Both the position numbers and the translations under genes were made by a program. The notes below the pieces were generated by a model. That model worked only from the letters and a program-made list of their open reading frames with translations. It made no database searches and was not told the DNA's origin. A stretch of 64,000 nt of DNA, from contig CAWKCK010000017.1 in the NCBI GenBank assembly GCA_963848135.1, forward strand, positions 1,344,538 through 1,408,537, in the 5' to 3' direction. Shown here piece by piece: positions 53,947 through 63,631 of the stretch; the stretch's first letter is position 1, and each line of letters begins with the position of its first letter. Source of the stretch: an uncultured delta proteobacterium. Its GTDB lineage: Bacteria > Desulfobacterota > Desulfobacteria > Desulfobacterales > SG8-13.

Positions 53947-54801
53947 TCAGTACAACCGCCTGCGGCGAATGTACTCGGTTGTTTTCCGGAGGTCCTGGCT
54001 TTTTTTGAACAGCACGCCAAGGTAAGGAATCTCGCCTTTAGCCAGCTTTTTGGGCCTGAAATCCGGATCGGCATTGAGGGCCCGGATCCAATTGATGAGC
54101 TCACGGGTTGCCGGTTTCTTTTCCACCCCGTCCAACTCGCGCAGATGGTAAAAGGCCGTTACCGCATGTTCCATCAGCTCCGATTCGAGATCGGGGAAAT
54201 GAACGCCGATAATGTTGCGCATCATCTTTGGCTCCGGAAAGGCGATATGGTGGAAATTACAGCGCCCCAGGAACGGGTCCGATAGGTCTTTCTTGGCATT
54301 TGAGGTGATGATGATCACCGGTCTGTGCCTGGTTTTGACGGTTTTGTCGATTTCGATAATGTCAAATTCCATCTGATCCAGAACATCGAGCATGTCATCC
54401 TGAAAATCGGTTTCGGCTTTATCGATTTCATCGATCAGCAATACGGTTCGGATATCAGCCGTAAAAGCCTGCCCTATTTTTCCCATGCGGATGTACTCTT
54501 CGATGTTGCTCACATCCCGACTGGAGTCGCCGAAACGGCTGTCGTTAAGCCGGGTGAGTGTATCGTATTGATAGAGCGCTTCAATCAGTTTCATGCTCGA
54601 TTTGACGTTCAACACCACCAGAGGCATTTTAAGATTCTCGGCGATGGCATGGGCAAGCATTGTTTTCCCGGTACCCGGCTCCCCTTTAAGAAGAAGCGGC
54701 ATTTCAAGGGCCATAGAAATGTTGACGATACTGGCCAACTCTTCATCGAGAACATACCGGGTGGCACCGGTAAAGCGTTTGGAATTGTTTTCTGTAGTCA
54801 T
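53947..54801 (-). CDS. MoxR family AAA+ ATPase
   Basis: GEPGTGKT, LIDEIDKA, ITSN, KKPATRELINW. Confidence 0.9.
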   Translation of the reverse strand: MTTENNSKRFTGATRYVLDEELASIVNISMALEMPLLLKGEPGTGKTMLAHAIAENLKMPLVVLNVKSSMKLIEALYQYDTLTRLNDSRFGDSSRDVSNIEEYIRMGKIGQAFTADIRTVLLIDEIDKAETDFQDDMLDVLDQMEFDIIEIDKTVKTRHRPVIIITSNAKKDLSDPFLGRCNFHHIAFPEPKMMRNIIGVHFPDLESELMEHAVTAFYHLRELDGVEKKPATRELINWIRALNADPDFRPKKLAKGEIPYLGVLFKKSQDLRKTTEYIRRRRLY

Positions 54802-54816
54802 TCAATCATACCTTCA

Positions 54817-54882
54817 ATTCAATGACCTCCGGCAAGGTCGGAGGAAGGGTTTGTGAACCACTCCAGCAAAGCTGGGAGGTCA
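54817..54882 (+). repeat. IS200/IS605-end-like mini repeat, copy B (two hairpins)
   Basis: ATTCAATGACCTCCGGCAAGGTCGGAGG...TTGTGAACCACTCCAGCAAAGCTGGGAGGTCA. Confidence 0.62.
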
Positions 54883-54889
54883 CCGATGG

Positions 54890-55978
54890 TTATTGGGGTA
54901 TAGATTCAAAACCGAGCGCACTGCGCAGTCGATCGGAGACTTCCCGTGTCAGCTGCAACACTCTCTCTGCCAGGGACGGTGACAGCGTGCCGGTCCCGCA
55001 ACTGGGTGTGATAAGGGATTGAGCGGCAATTTGACGGCGGCTGAATCCCAGCTCTTCGATGGCGCGAACCTTTTCATACCACTGGGCGGCCAACGATTCG
55101 GCAGTTTCCCTGGCCACATCGTCTCCATCACCAGTGGGCACAATGCCCCAGGCCAGAATTTTGCCCGAGTCGATAAATTTCCGGATCAGTTCGGGATAAA
55201 GTATAAAACGGTCAAAGTAAGTATACGCATCAAAATTGATGATGTCTGCCGGAGATTCAAGGGCCAGCGACCAGTCGGTATTGGCACAGATGTGGACCCC
55301 TACAAGCCCACCGGCGGTGTGAACCGCCGCCATGATTTCTTCCAGGCAGGTGGTGATATCGTCCCGAGACACACTCAAGAATTCCGAAGTGCCGAACCCG
55401 GCCAGGGCCGGTTCATCGCAAAAAATAATTACCGAACGATCGGGAGCGGACATCTGGCGCACTTGCCATGCGGCTTTCAGGGCTAAAAGCTTGACGGCAG
55501 CATCCCGCATCTGCAGATTATAGAAAATGGCTTGCCGATTGTCATCTTTCAATCCGGTGCAAAAAGTGAACGGACCGGTTACCTGTCCTTTGACTGCGAT
55601 GGGGTTCGGCTGTTCCGGCAGGTTTTCCATTAATACTTCAAATCCGGGGGCCGTATCGGTGTTGAGAGTGAAACGGGATCGGTTGAGGTCCAGTTGCCCC
55701 TCCATCACGGCCATGTATTCTTCGTAGAATTCCAGGATCTGCTGATCGTAATCCGCCGCTGCGGTATCGACAAACGTGCGGCCGTCAACGATACGGACAC
55801 CAGGCAGGCCTGGTGTAAACTGGGGAATCATGCCCTCACGAGCATGGACCGGTAGCTGAACCCACAGAGGAATGTCCGGGGTATATTTGAAAACGAGCCG
55901 GCTGGCCATGGCATGATCTTCCAGCGGCAGACTGCCGATAAGCAGGGGCCGGCAATCAGCTTCAAACTGAAGCGCCAT
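54890..55978 (-). CDS. Core (single-domain MetE-like) methionine synthase, MesB-like
   Basis: IGSLP, WVQLP, KGQVTGP, DEP, zinc ligands HIC and TPSCG; 362 aa with no folate-binding N-domain. Confidence 0.72.
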   Translation of the reverse strand: MALQFEADCRPLLIGSLPLEDHAMASRLVFKYTPDIPLWVQLPVHAREGMIPQFTPGLPGVRIVDGRTFVDTAAADYDQQILEFYEEYMAVMEGQLDLNRSRFTLNTDTAPGFEVLMENLPEQPNPIAVKGQVTGPFTFCTGLKDDNRQAIFYNLQMRDAAVKLLALKAAWQVRQMSAPDRSVIIFCDEPALAGFGTSEFLSVSRDDITTCLEEIMAAVHTAGGLVGVHICANTDWSLALESPADIINFDAYTYFDRFILYPELIRKFIDSGKILAWGIVPTGDGDDVARETAESLAAQWYEKVRAIEELGFSRRQIAAQSLITPSCGTGTLSPSLAERVLQLTREVSDRLRSALGFESIPQ

Positions 55979-56198
55979 TCAAGATTCCTCTCCGTGTGGA
56001 TTCCAATTGCGTGTCATCTCAGCCTTTACCGAAACTGTCCGCAACAATCAGAAAATGAGAAAGTGGTATTTGTAACATGAACCTATATCGTTGACAAGAC
56101 AGTTCACCAGTAGGAATATACGCCGTCGGCTATCATAATGCCGGATGATCAATCAACCCGCTCGACCGGACAGATAACCACCCTGAAAAGATTTCATG

Positions 56199-56250
56199 AT
56201 TCAATGACCTCCGGCAACGTTGGATGAATGGCTTGTGAACCGCTCAAAGC
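56199..56250 (+). repeat. IS200/IS605-end-like mini repeat, copy C
   Basis: ATTCAATGACCTCCGGCAACGTTGGATG...TTGTGAACCGCTCAAAGC. Confidence 0.62.
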
Positions 56251-56390
56251 AGTCTTTTAAAACCATTATTTCGGGAGTTTTTTAACTCCTGGAACTGATA
56301 ATTTTTCAGAGTCTTACCAGCAAAGCGAAGGATTTACCGATGATTATTATTCGGGCTCGGGTTTTCGCCATTTCCGGCTGATCGGAATGA

Positions 56391-56419
56391 TTGACACCTT
56401 TATATGCCGGTGCTATAGT
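56391..56419 (+). promoter_or_regulatory. Sigma70 promoter upstream of tatA
   Basis: TTGACA-N17-TATAGT with extended -10 TG. Confidence 0.65.
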
Positions 56420-56629
56420 CTGAGCCTGCTCGATTTCTGCCGAAAGACAAATTAGTACAACAATTGCGGTGGTTTATACTAAAATGGCTGCAGGTGTTCG
56501 AGCGAAGGCAACCCGGCATATATACATGACAAACCTGACTTGGTTGGCCAGGATGCGCTATTGTCCGCGTACAAGCGATAACCGGGGTCGGAACACGAAA
56601 AAGATAATTCCCACGGATAGGAGGAATAT

Positions 56630-56815
56630 ATGTTTGGAATCGGAATGCCGGAGCTGATTATTATTCTGGTGATCATCCTGATCATATTCGGAGCCGGCAA
56701 ACTACCGGAAATCGGAGCAGGAATGGGAAAAGCCATCCGCAACTTCAAGGGCGCCACCAAAGAAGACGAGCAACCGAAGGATCCTGAAAAGATCGAAGAA
56801 AAGAAGGACGCCTGA
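56630..56815 (+). CDS. tatA: Twin-arginine translocase subunit TatA/E
   Basis: [45 protein letters not shown]. Confidence 0.95.
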   Translation: MFGIGMPELIIILVIILIIFGAGKLPEIGAGMGKAIRNFKGATKEDEQPKDPEKIEEKKDA

Positions 56816-56987
56816 TTTTCACGTCCTGTGTTCAGTAACGCGTCTTTCCGTCACCTCAACTTCGCTCATAAAGGGCAGTTTCATGACGCTGCCCTTTACT
56901 CGACCCGCCTTGAAATCCCAACGCTTTATATACCAGAGTGTTGAAAAATATTATGCGCGCCGGCTATCCAAGGTAAAATTCGACTCC

Positions 56988-57416
56988 TCAGAAAGGGATG
57001 TCATCATCCTGCGAATCCGAGTACGGCGTCTCGGCGTCCGGAGGTGGGGGCCCACCATAAGCGTCCCGCGACTTGGCAGACTCTTTGGGTCCCAAGAACT
57101 GGACTTCATTGGCAACGACTTCGGTGGTGTAGCGCTTGTTACCATCCTTGTCCTGCCAATCCCGGGTCTGCAACCGTCCTTCCACATACACCTGCCGGCC
57201 TTTCGAGAGATATTCGCCGCACAACTCGCCAAGCTTACGCCAGGCGACGATACGGTGCCATTCTGTCCGCTCCTTTTTCTCACCGCTGCTCTTGTCGTTC
57301 CATTCCTGTGACGTCGCAATCGAAAAAGTTGCAACGGCAGTGCCGTCCGGCGTGTAGCGGACTTCCGGATCGCGCCCCAGGTTACCGATCAGAATAACTT
57401 TGTTGATTCCGGCCAT
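56988..57416 (-). CDS. ssb: Single-stranded DNA-binding protein
   Basis: [41 protein letters not shown] tail. Confidence 0.97.
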   Translation of the reverse strand: MAGINKVILIGNLGRDPEVRYTPDGTAVATFSIATSQEWNDKSSGEKKERTEWHRIVAWRKLGELCGEYLSKGRQVYVEGRLQTRDWQDKDGNKRYTTEVVANEVQFLGPKESAKSRDAYGGPPPPDAETPYSDSQDDDIPF

Positions 57417-57432
57417 GTTTTCTATCCCTCCC

Positions 57433-57500
57433 TGTCTATATTCTCAAAACATAGTGTCACTGTCGCAAACATAGTGTCATTGGCCGAAAGATAATGTCAC
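57433..57500 (+). mobile_element. Putative transposon end (TGT terminus + three transposase-binding-like repeats; Tn7/IS21/IS1202-type architecture)
   Basis: TGT at 57433; AAACATAGTGTCA at 57447 and 57467 and AAAGATAATGTCA at 57487 (20-bp period); coincides with the start of AT-rich DNA. Confidence 0.6.
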
Positions 57501-57888
57501 TTCAGAAAAAAAATATCGTTCATTTTGCCGGTCTCAATAGCGGCTTCTGGACATTTTCCCCCAAGAAAGTGCTCGACCCTTGGGCCGGGTATTCCATCTG
57601 ATGGATTCGCTAGGTAATTTTTAGAATTAATTTCCAGCCCTGAAACACTTGTTGATATATGAACTACCGAATCTGACGATTATGTCAAGAGGGCTTCTAT
57701 CGTCCCTTCCTGATCATGACAATCAAGGTGGGACATTACCCGTAATTCGATAAAAAAACAAGTTTCGAGGGGTTATGGTTATTTTTAGTTTTTAAGAGAC
57801 CCTCACAGTAAGGGTATATAGCAGCAGGTTGGACTTTCGCCGTGGCAGCTTTTGCCGTGATAGGTTGATCTTATATTGAGAAAAATTG

Positions 57889-57920
57889 AAAAAAGCCGAC
57901 TACCAGATGTAGTAGTTGGC
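57889..57920 (-). terminator. Intrinsic terminator downstream of the NfeD gene
   Basis: AAAAAA-GCCGACTAC...GTAGTTGGC. Confidence 0.55.
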
Positions 57921-57987
57921 CTTCATGGTTTCGGAGTTATTAAAAGTTTCGCTTAAATGAAAACAATTAAATATAATTCTGGACACC

Positions 57988-58287
57988 TCACCTCTTCCAA
58001 GGGTTGACCTGCAACGTTAACCCTTCCACATTTTGGATAACCACTCTATCACCAGGCAATAAAGGGGCTTCACTGACAGCCTTCCATAGTTCCCCGTTCA
58101 CGAAAACTTTTCCTTCATTCTTCTTCCAGTGTTTGACCTCACCCACCTTACCCAACATGCCTGAAACCCCACAAATAGGTTTTCTCTTTCTTCCCATGAA
58201 AAACCAGAACAGAGGAAAGGCCACGTGCTCAATCAGCTCAAAAAGAATAAACCCTATAACCAGAGTCAATATAATATTTTCTATCAT
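57988..58287 (-). CDS. NfeD family protein (short, C-terminal OB fold)
   Basis: TM segment then G..G.V..GKVFVNGELWKA.S...G.RV.I..VEGL.L.V. Confidence 0.82.
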   Translation of the reverse strand: MIENIILTLVIGFILFELIEHVAFPLFWFFMGRKRKPICGVSGMLGKVGEVKHWKKNEGKVFVNGELWKAVSEAPLLPGDRVVIQNVEGLTLQVNPWKR

Positions 58288-58354
58288 CCTTTGTTCCGGG
58301 TTTAAATAATGGAATCAAGCATTAAGCCTACCAAGTCAATCGCCTATGCGAATA

Positions 58355-58936
58355 TCACTCAGGAATCTTAACATCGTCATCATCATATATCCCATTTTCG
58401 GCGGTTGTGTGACATGCTATACAGTTCGACAATGAGCCAATAGATTTACGTTTGAAAATCGCGGGGTCCAATTCATGATGCTTTTTACGGATATAAGGAA
58501 TATCGGTAATCCGTATGGGTACCTGGCCTCCCAAACATCTCATGATTTTCACTGATCGCTCTGCTGAAGAGTTCTCCGCACCATTCGTTGTGAGATAATC
58601 TGAAATGTTTTTTATTGTAGCCGGATCGGTCTCAATTTCCTCTCCGAAATGGTTATTAAGTTGGTTTAAAATTTTCAGCCATGACGCGGATGGCAACAGC
58701 TCCGGCTGATATGCGAAATGACACTCACCACATGTTTCTTTATATGTTTGGTTGGTCACCGGCTTCAAATGGTCGTTGTTGTCATGACCGTTTCTATCAT
58801 CATCAACCTTTTGACGTCCCCCTCGATACCGGTATCTTTTTTTATAATGGTCATCATCAGAAAGAGCTTCGAAAATACAACTGAATGTCAAAAAAAACGA
58901 AACTGTAAATATGATGTATTTGGTAGAAGGTTTCAT
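58355..58936 (-). CDS. Diheme cytochrome c (DHC family)
   Basis: Signal peptide; CGECH..Y.PELLP..SW...L.NHFG and NCIACHT.AE.G.YDDD.VKIP. Confidence 0.88.
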   Translation of the reverse strand: MKPSTKYIIFTVSFFLTFSCIFEALSDDDHYKKRYRYRGGRQKVDDDRNGHDNNDHLKPVTNQTYKETCGECHFAYQPELLPSASWLKILNQLNNHFGEEIETDPATIKNISDYLTTNGAENSSAERSVKIMRCLGGQVPIRITDIPYIRKKHHELDPAIFKRKSIGSLSNCIACHTTAENGIYDDDDVKIPE

Positions 58937-58990
58937 TTTATCTCCTATTCAATCACATTGAGGCTGAAATGAATCGTAACAATTGGAAAT

Positions 58991-59920
58991 TTAACCTCTG
59001 AACCGGGTCAATTTTCCAACAATTGCTCTGGTGACCTTACGTATTAATTTAAAACACCCGACCAGTAATTTCAGAATCAATATCACCAAGATTTTGCAAA
59101 CGATAAAGAAGGTTTTTAATTTGTCTTTTGAAATAATCCTGTTCAAAAGTATTGGTTCTAATTTTATTCCAGTTCGGTACGTCTTGTTGCTAACAGAATC
59201 GTTTTTAGTATACACTTTCTTCTTTAACTCTTTATCCTTTCCTAAACTTCGACATATACCTCCTGTATCTGAATAATAAATTGCGTAACTCTTACAGAAA
59301 TATTTGGTTCCTTCCCAGTCCGGCAATTGAATAAGTTTTTGCAGAAATTCTCCTTTTCTAATTCCGGTTCGTTTGGTTTCACCTTGTTCAAGGAACAAGA
59401 TGCTACCATTTATAAAACATCTTCCTTCATTTAAACTGTTCAAACCGCTACATGATTTCCAAAACAGTTGGCCGTTGTTTTTTTTCATGATTTCATACTG
59501 GTTTAGTTTATAGGAAATATCTCCGCTTTTATAAGTCTCAATCGATTTATACTTATTTTTGGTAACCCCTGTTTGAATTGATTCATTTTCTCGGAGAATA
59601 GTTTCATCCTGCAAACGGTTGTTACTTCTCTCAAGAAGTGGTTTGATTCTACCGGTTTTACACTCATAAATCTTGTAGCTCGTGCAGTAGTATTTAGTTT
59701 TTTCCCATTTCGGTAATTTGTTGAGGTGATCCAGAAACTCTCCCTTTAAAAATCCCGGCCCTGCATTAACACCCGGCATTAAATAAAGAATATCTCCATT
59801 TATAAAGCATTTTCCATTTTTCAAAGTACCTAAACCAAAATGGCATTCCCACACCAAATCACCGTACACGTTCTCGATAATTTTATACTCGGATAATTTA
59901 TAGGCGATTGTTTGCATCAT
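58991..59920 (-). CDS. Hypothetical protein with two ~90-aa internal repeats and a C-terminal hydrophobic helix
   Basis: Duplicated YKL..Y.I.....G.L.W....GL..L..G.CFING.IL.L..G...KGEFL..L..LP.WE.TKY.C.SY.IY. Confidence 0.78.
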   Translation of the reverse strand: MMQTIAYKLSEYKIIENVYGDLVWECHFGLGTLKNGKCFINGDILYLMPGVNAGPGFLKGEFLDHLNKLPKWEKTKYYCTSYKIYECKTGRIKPLLERSNNRLQDETILRENESIQTGVTKNKYKSIETYKSGDISYKLNQYEIMKKNNGQLFWKSCSGLNSLNEGRCFINGSILFLEQGETKRTGIRKGEFLQKLIQLPDWEGTKYFCKSYAIYYSDTGGICRSLGKDKELKKKVYTKNDSVSNKTYRTGIKLEPILLNRIISKDKLKTFFIVCKILVILILKLLVGCFKLIRKVTRAIVGKLTRFRG

Positions 59921-60029
59921 TTGCCTGTTACTTCTTTAATAATTGATCCCAAATCTTAAACTGGAAACCAGATGTTTCAAAAATAGAGACTGTTCAGGCT
60001 GGAAAATGCAGGTCTTATCGAAAAAGGGA

Positions 60030-60444
60030 TTATATAAGAAGAGAGAGATTTTGCAGATACGCAGGTAGAGATCGAGTCTTTAACGGTTTAATATGATGAG
60101 GAAAAATAATCTTTATTAAATCGATATTGGACTGGTAATCAGATAAATTAAATAAAATAGATGGGGTAACAAGTATTTCTAGTTTTAGTTATCGAGTGGG
60201 CACCGTTTGACGCCTTAAGGGTTTGTATGTCCTCCAAATTACAACTTTTGCATTGGGTTCCTAAACAGCGAGTATGAAATAGAAAACTTATACTTGACCA
60301 TTCTTTACCTTGAATACCATGTAGACATGCCCCTCCGCAAAGACACGCTTGCGGCAACAGACTGTTCGCAAAGAGTCCTATGATGAGAAATTTTATAAAA
60401 TACAGTCTGAATATTTTTAAATTTCTCAGCAAATTATTTTCCAT
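60030..60444 (-). pseudogene. Small Cys/His-rich secreted-type protein with a +1 frameshift
   Basis: ACLCGGACLH..FHTRC...CKSC; removing one T from the T4 run at 60183-60186 extends the frame to ...LPAYLQNLSLLI-TAA (60030). Confidence 0.6.
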
Positions 60445-60636
60445 CGTTATAGCCCGTCAAGAATTCCAATGGGCTACCGCAGTTACTCGTTTTTTATAAC
60501 ACATCTTCAAAATGTTATTCAAGACACTTTGGATATTTTTGCAGAAACACAAATTATAAGCCGTAAATTATAGAAGAAACTTTGTAATTGAATATACAGT
60601 CTGGCTATATTCAAAAAATCCGGCTTTCCTAACCTT

Positions 60637-61478
60637 TTATGGCTTGATGTTTGGTTGCAAATCCAATGCCTCGCGCAGAAAGGACACGGCTCGCTTTCGA
60701 CTATCATATGCCGCCTCTGGATCCCACTGAAGAATGGCGGTCTGGTTCTTTGCAAATGGTGCATAACCCTTCCAGGATCCTGCGCGATCGAATCCATGGT
60801 GAGCATCGGGATACAATTTCAATGAAACTACGCCTGGTTGTTTCTCGTTCAACCAATCGCAAAAGTTCTTGCAAGTCTCTCCGTCGCCCCAGGAATCTTT
60901 CTCTCCGCTCATTATAAGTATCGGGGCTCCTGTTGGTCCGGTCGAATCGAAGTGTTTCTTGAGCCATTTGCAGGCGGGATAGAATCCAACGTGAGCAGTA
61001 AATCCTTGCTCATCAGGACCGAGCCACTTTTTGACAACTTTGCGTGAAGCAGCTGTTACGCTAATATGACCACCGAGCGAAAACCCCATGATAGCAATAC
61101 GCTCTGGATCGATACGGGGATTTGAACGTATGGCCACTAATGCTCCAAAAGCCCAAGGCAGAAAAGTTTCAACAGGCGGCCGATCAGAGGGGCCAGTGTA
61201 AATATTGCTTTTAAAATCAACCTCAAATGTTGCTATTCCCGCTTCCAGAAGTGCGGGGCGATGAAATTCGTATCTACTATCTGGTCCTGCTGTCCCATGA
61301 AATAGAATCACCACTGGCACTTTTTGCTGAGCGCTTCAGGTAACGTTAATATACCGCTAAAATTCTTGGTTGTCGGTTCAAGGCCCTTGAATCTAAGAGT
61401 TTGGCGGTTTACCTGCGATGTACACTCAGGTAATGCAATTAAAATAAATAATGCCAATGATATCCGAACCCATGCCAT
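60637..61478 (-). pseudogene. Dienelactone hydrolase family esterase split by a -1 frameshift
   Basis: Signal-bearing N-part (61478-61321) and catalytic part (HGTAG, GFSLGG, GEKD, HHGFD) meet at the T5 run 61321-61325. Confidence 0.72.
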
Positions 61479-62224
61479 TGAAATTCTCTTGCAGTTAATA
61501 ATTGCACGATATCGTATGATCCAGAAGCTTTGTGTTACATTGGGATTTTCTGGCAAATATCGGAAACCTCGAAACGTGTATAATTGTATCTAATTGGAAA
61601 TAATGACAATTTAAAAGATACTTTCTGGGCTATTTAAGCTATAACCTGCCTATTGTCAGTGTGTCAAATCAAAATCGTGATCGATCAGTTCCCCAGCAAT
61701 CAAAAATCACAAGAACAATAATCAAAAAGATGCCAATTCCACTTAATGAGAAAGGTATTGCAGAAGGATGCCCTAATGGGGAAAATCGGCGTTGATTTTG
61801 AGAGCGGGGAGGTAGGGCTGTTGGATTGAGACCGGAACTGCAGAACCGTTTTCAGCTGAAATGCGAAATGGAATTTGGAATTTTGGGGTCAGATGACGGG
61901 TTGGCTGGATTTTGGCTTGGGAAAGAAAATGGGGATAAAGATTGGGGCCGAGCATCTGTTTATTGACAAATGGATTCGAGCATCATAAATGCTATGGTTA
62001 AGATAGCCAAAAAGTATATGGAATTACAGTCAGTTGAAGGTATTGGCAAGATAGCTGTAATATCCGCCCCTCCTATTTTCGTGTGATACACGAAACAAAG
62101 CTTGATCGATAAAAAAAATGATGATTCTCCTTGTTCAATTATTTCTATCCCTTGCCACCACAAAGATTTTTCCTATAAGCTGAACAATTAGCCAAATGAA
62201 GGTACACTTTTCGGAGGGACTAAT

Positions 62225-62420
62225 ATGTCTATCGAATCGAGGAATTTAAACTTTTAATTTTGGCGCTTATTTTCTCAGTTATTGGCACTGCCAACCATGG
62301 CGGCTAAACAATAGGATTGGAAGCGTTTTTGCTTCGAACTGGAAGGTGGGCCGGTCTGGCAGGCCAAAAACGACGTGCTGATTCCTGGAAACTCCGGAAC
62401 TGAATTTTTGTTAAGGATTG
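62225..62420 (+). pseudogene. Degraded gene remnant (secreted/outer-membrane protein N-terminus)
   Basis: GGAGG RBS + ATG, early stops, then protein-like FELEGGPVWQAKNDVLIPGNSGTEF. Confidence 0.4.
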
Positions 62421-62439
62421 TTCGCTGGAGAGTAAAAAC

Positions 62440-62817
62440 ATGAAAACCCGCATTTTTCTGATCTTCTGTTCGGTCGGCTTGGTACCGATCGCGTTAGGCT
62501 ATGGAGCCAATCCGTCGGCCACCCTGGACGCCCTCTTTGGCATCACAGTCGACACGACCAATCTCACGCACATCATGCGGGCAGTAATGGGCCTGTATTT
62601 TGGAATGGTCGTGATCTGGGTTTGGGGTGCTTTTAAAAAGCAGATGACCGCTCCGGCGCTCTTGAGCTGCGCGGTTTTCATGCTCGGACTTGCCGCCGGA
62701 CGCGTACTAAGTTTCATTCTGGACGGCCTGCCGCATTGGCTGCTTATCGTATATGCGGTCCTTGAGATTGTGCTCGGCCTGATCGCGATCACCCTTTACA
62801 GGGGAAGGACTACATAG
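62440..62817 (+). CDS. DUF4345-like membrane protein
   Basis: Four TMs; IALGYG, HIMRAVMGLY, FMLGLAAGR.LS..LDG.P. Confidence 0.8.
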   Translation: MKTRIFLIFCSVGLVPIALGYGANPSATLDALFGITVDTTNLTHIMRAVMGLYFGMVVIWVWGAFKKQMTAPALLSCAVFMLGLAAGRVLSFILDGLPHWLLIVYAVLEIVLGLIAITLYRGRTT

Positions 62818-62980
62818 TGGCGAAGGGGCCCGACGGCGGTTCGCTGCGGTTCGCAAGTTTATAAGTTGGAGAATCTCGAAACGGCGCCTGTCCGCGAGTT
62901 ACCGCCCCTGGTGGATTGTTATTCACCGTCCATCCGGCGTTCGCGTTGCCCGTTCATTTTCAAAAAAGGATAAGATAACT

Positions 62981-63631
62981 ATGCGTAAGGCATTGATTGC
63001 CGGTGCAACCGGCGCGATCGGCTCGGTGTTACTGGAATTACTGAACGACTCCGACCAATACTCGGAAATTCACTGTATCGGAAGGCGAGAACCACCCACC
63101 TCAGGCGAAAAGATCAAGGCTCATATCGTCAGCTACGATGAGCTGGATCAGCTCAATTTTCAGCAACCCATCGATGACGTTTTCTGCGCTATAGGGACCA
63201 CCATCAAGACCGCGGGCTCGGTGAAGGGCTTCAAGAAAGTGGATCGAGATTATGTTCATTTAGTGGGCAAACTGGCCCAACGTCTGAACGCGAAGACCTG
63301 CTCCGTGATCAGCGCCATCGGAGCCGACGCCGGATCGTCCAACTTCTACAACCAGACCAAGGGCGAGGCCGAGGAACTGCTGCAGAGCCTGGGCCTGAGA
63401 TCGCTCCGCATCTTCCGCCCCTCCTTGCTGCACGGCGGCCGCGATGAGTTTCGTTTGAAGGAAGTGGTGGGTTTCGTGGTGCTCACGATCATGACCCCGC
63501 TGCTGCAGGGGCCATGGAAAAAATACCGCGCCATCCGCGTCGAACAGGTCGCGAAAGCCATGTATGAAAGCGCTCGGCAAGATTACCCGGCGGTACAAAT
63601 TTTCGAAAGCGACGAGATCCAGCGTTTCTAG
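62981..63631 (+). CDS. NAD(P)H-binding oxidoreductase (YraR/TIP30-like atypical SDR)
   Basis: GATGAIG, FCAIGTTIKTAGS, SAIGAD, Y..TKG, RPSLL.G.R. Confidence 0.88.
   Translation: MRKALIAGATGAIGSVLLELLNDSDQYSEIHCIGRREPPTSGEKIKAHIVSYDELDQLNFQQPIDDVFCAIGTTIKTAGSVKGFKKVDRDYVHLVGKLAQRLNAKTCSVISAIGADAGSSNFYNQTKGEAEELLQSLGLRSLRIFRPSLLHGGRDEFRLKEVVGFVVLTIMTPLLQGPWKKYRAIRVEQVAKAMYESARQDYPAVQIFESDEIQRF

Noticed and set aside
57447..57499. Periodic direct repeats as a CRISPR array
   Set aside because: 13-bp repeats with 7-bp spacers are far too short, and no cas genes are present.
62818..62980. Spacer between DUF4345 and the SDR gene as an integron attC site
   Set aside because: I could not find paired RYYYAAC/GTTRRRY boxes with the required inverted repeat.
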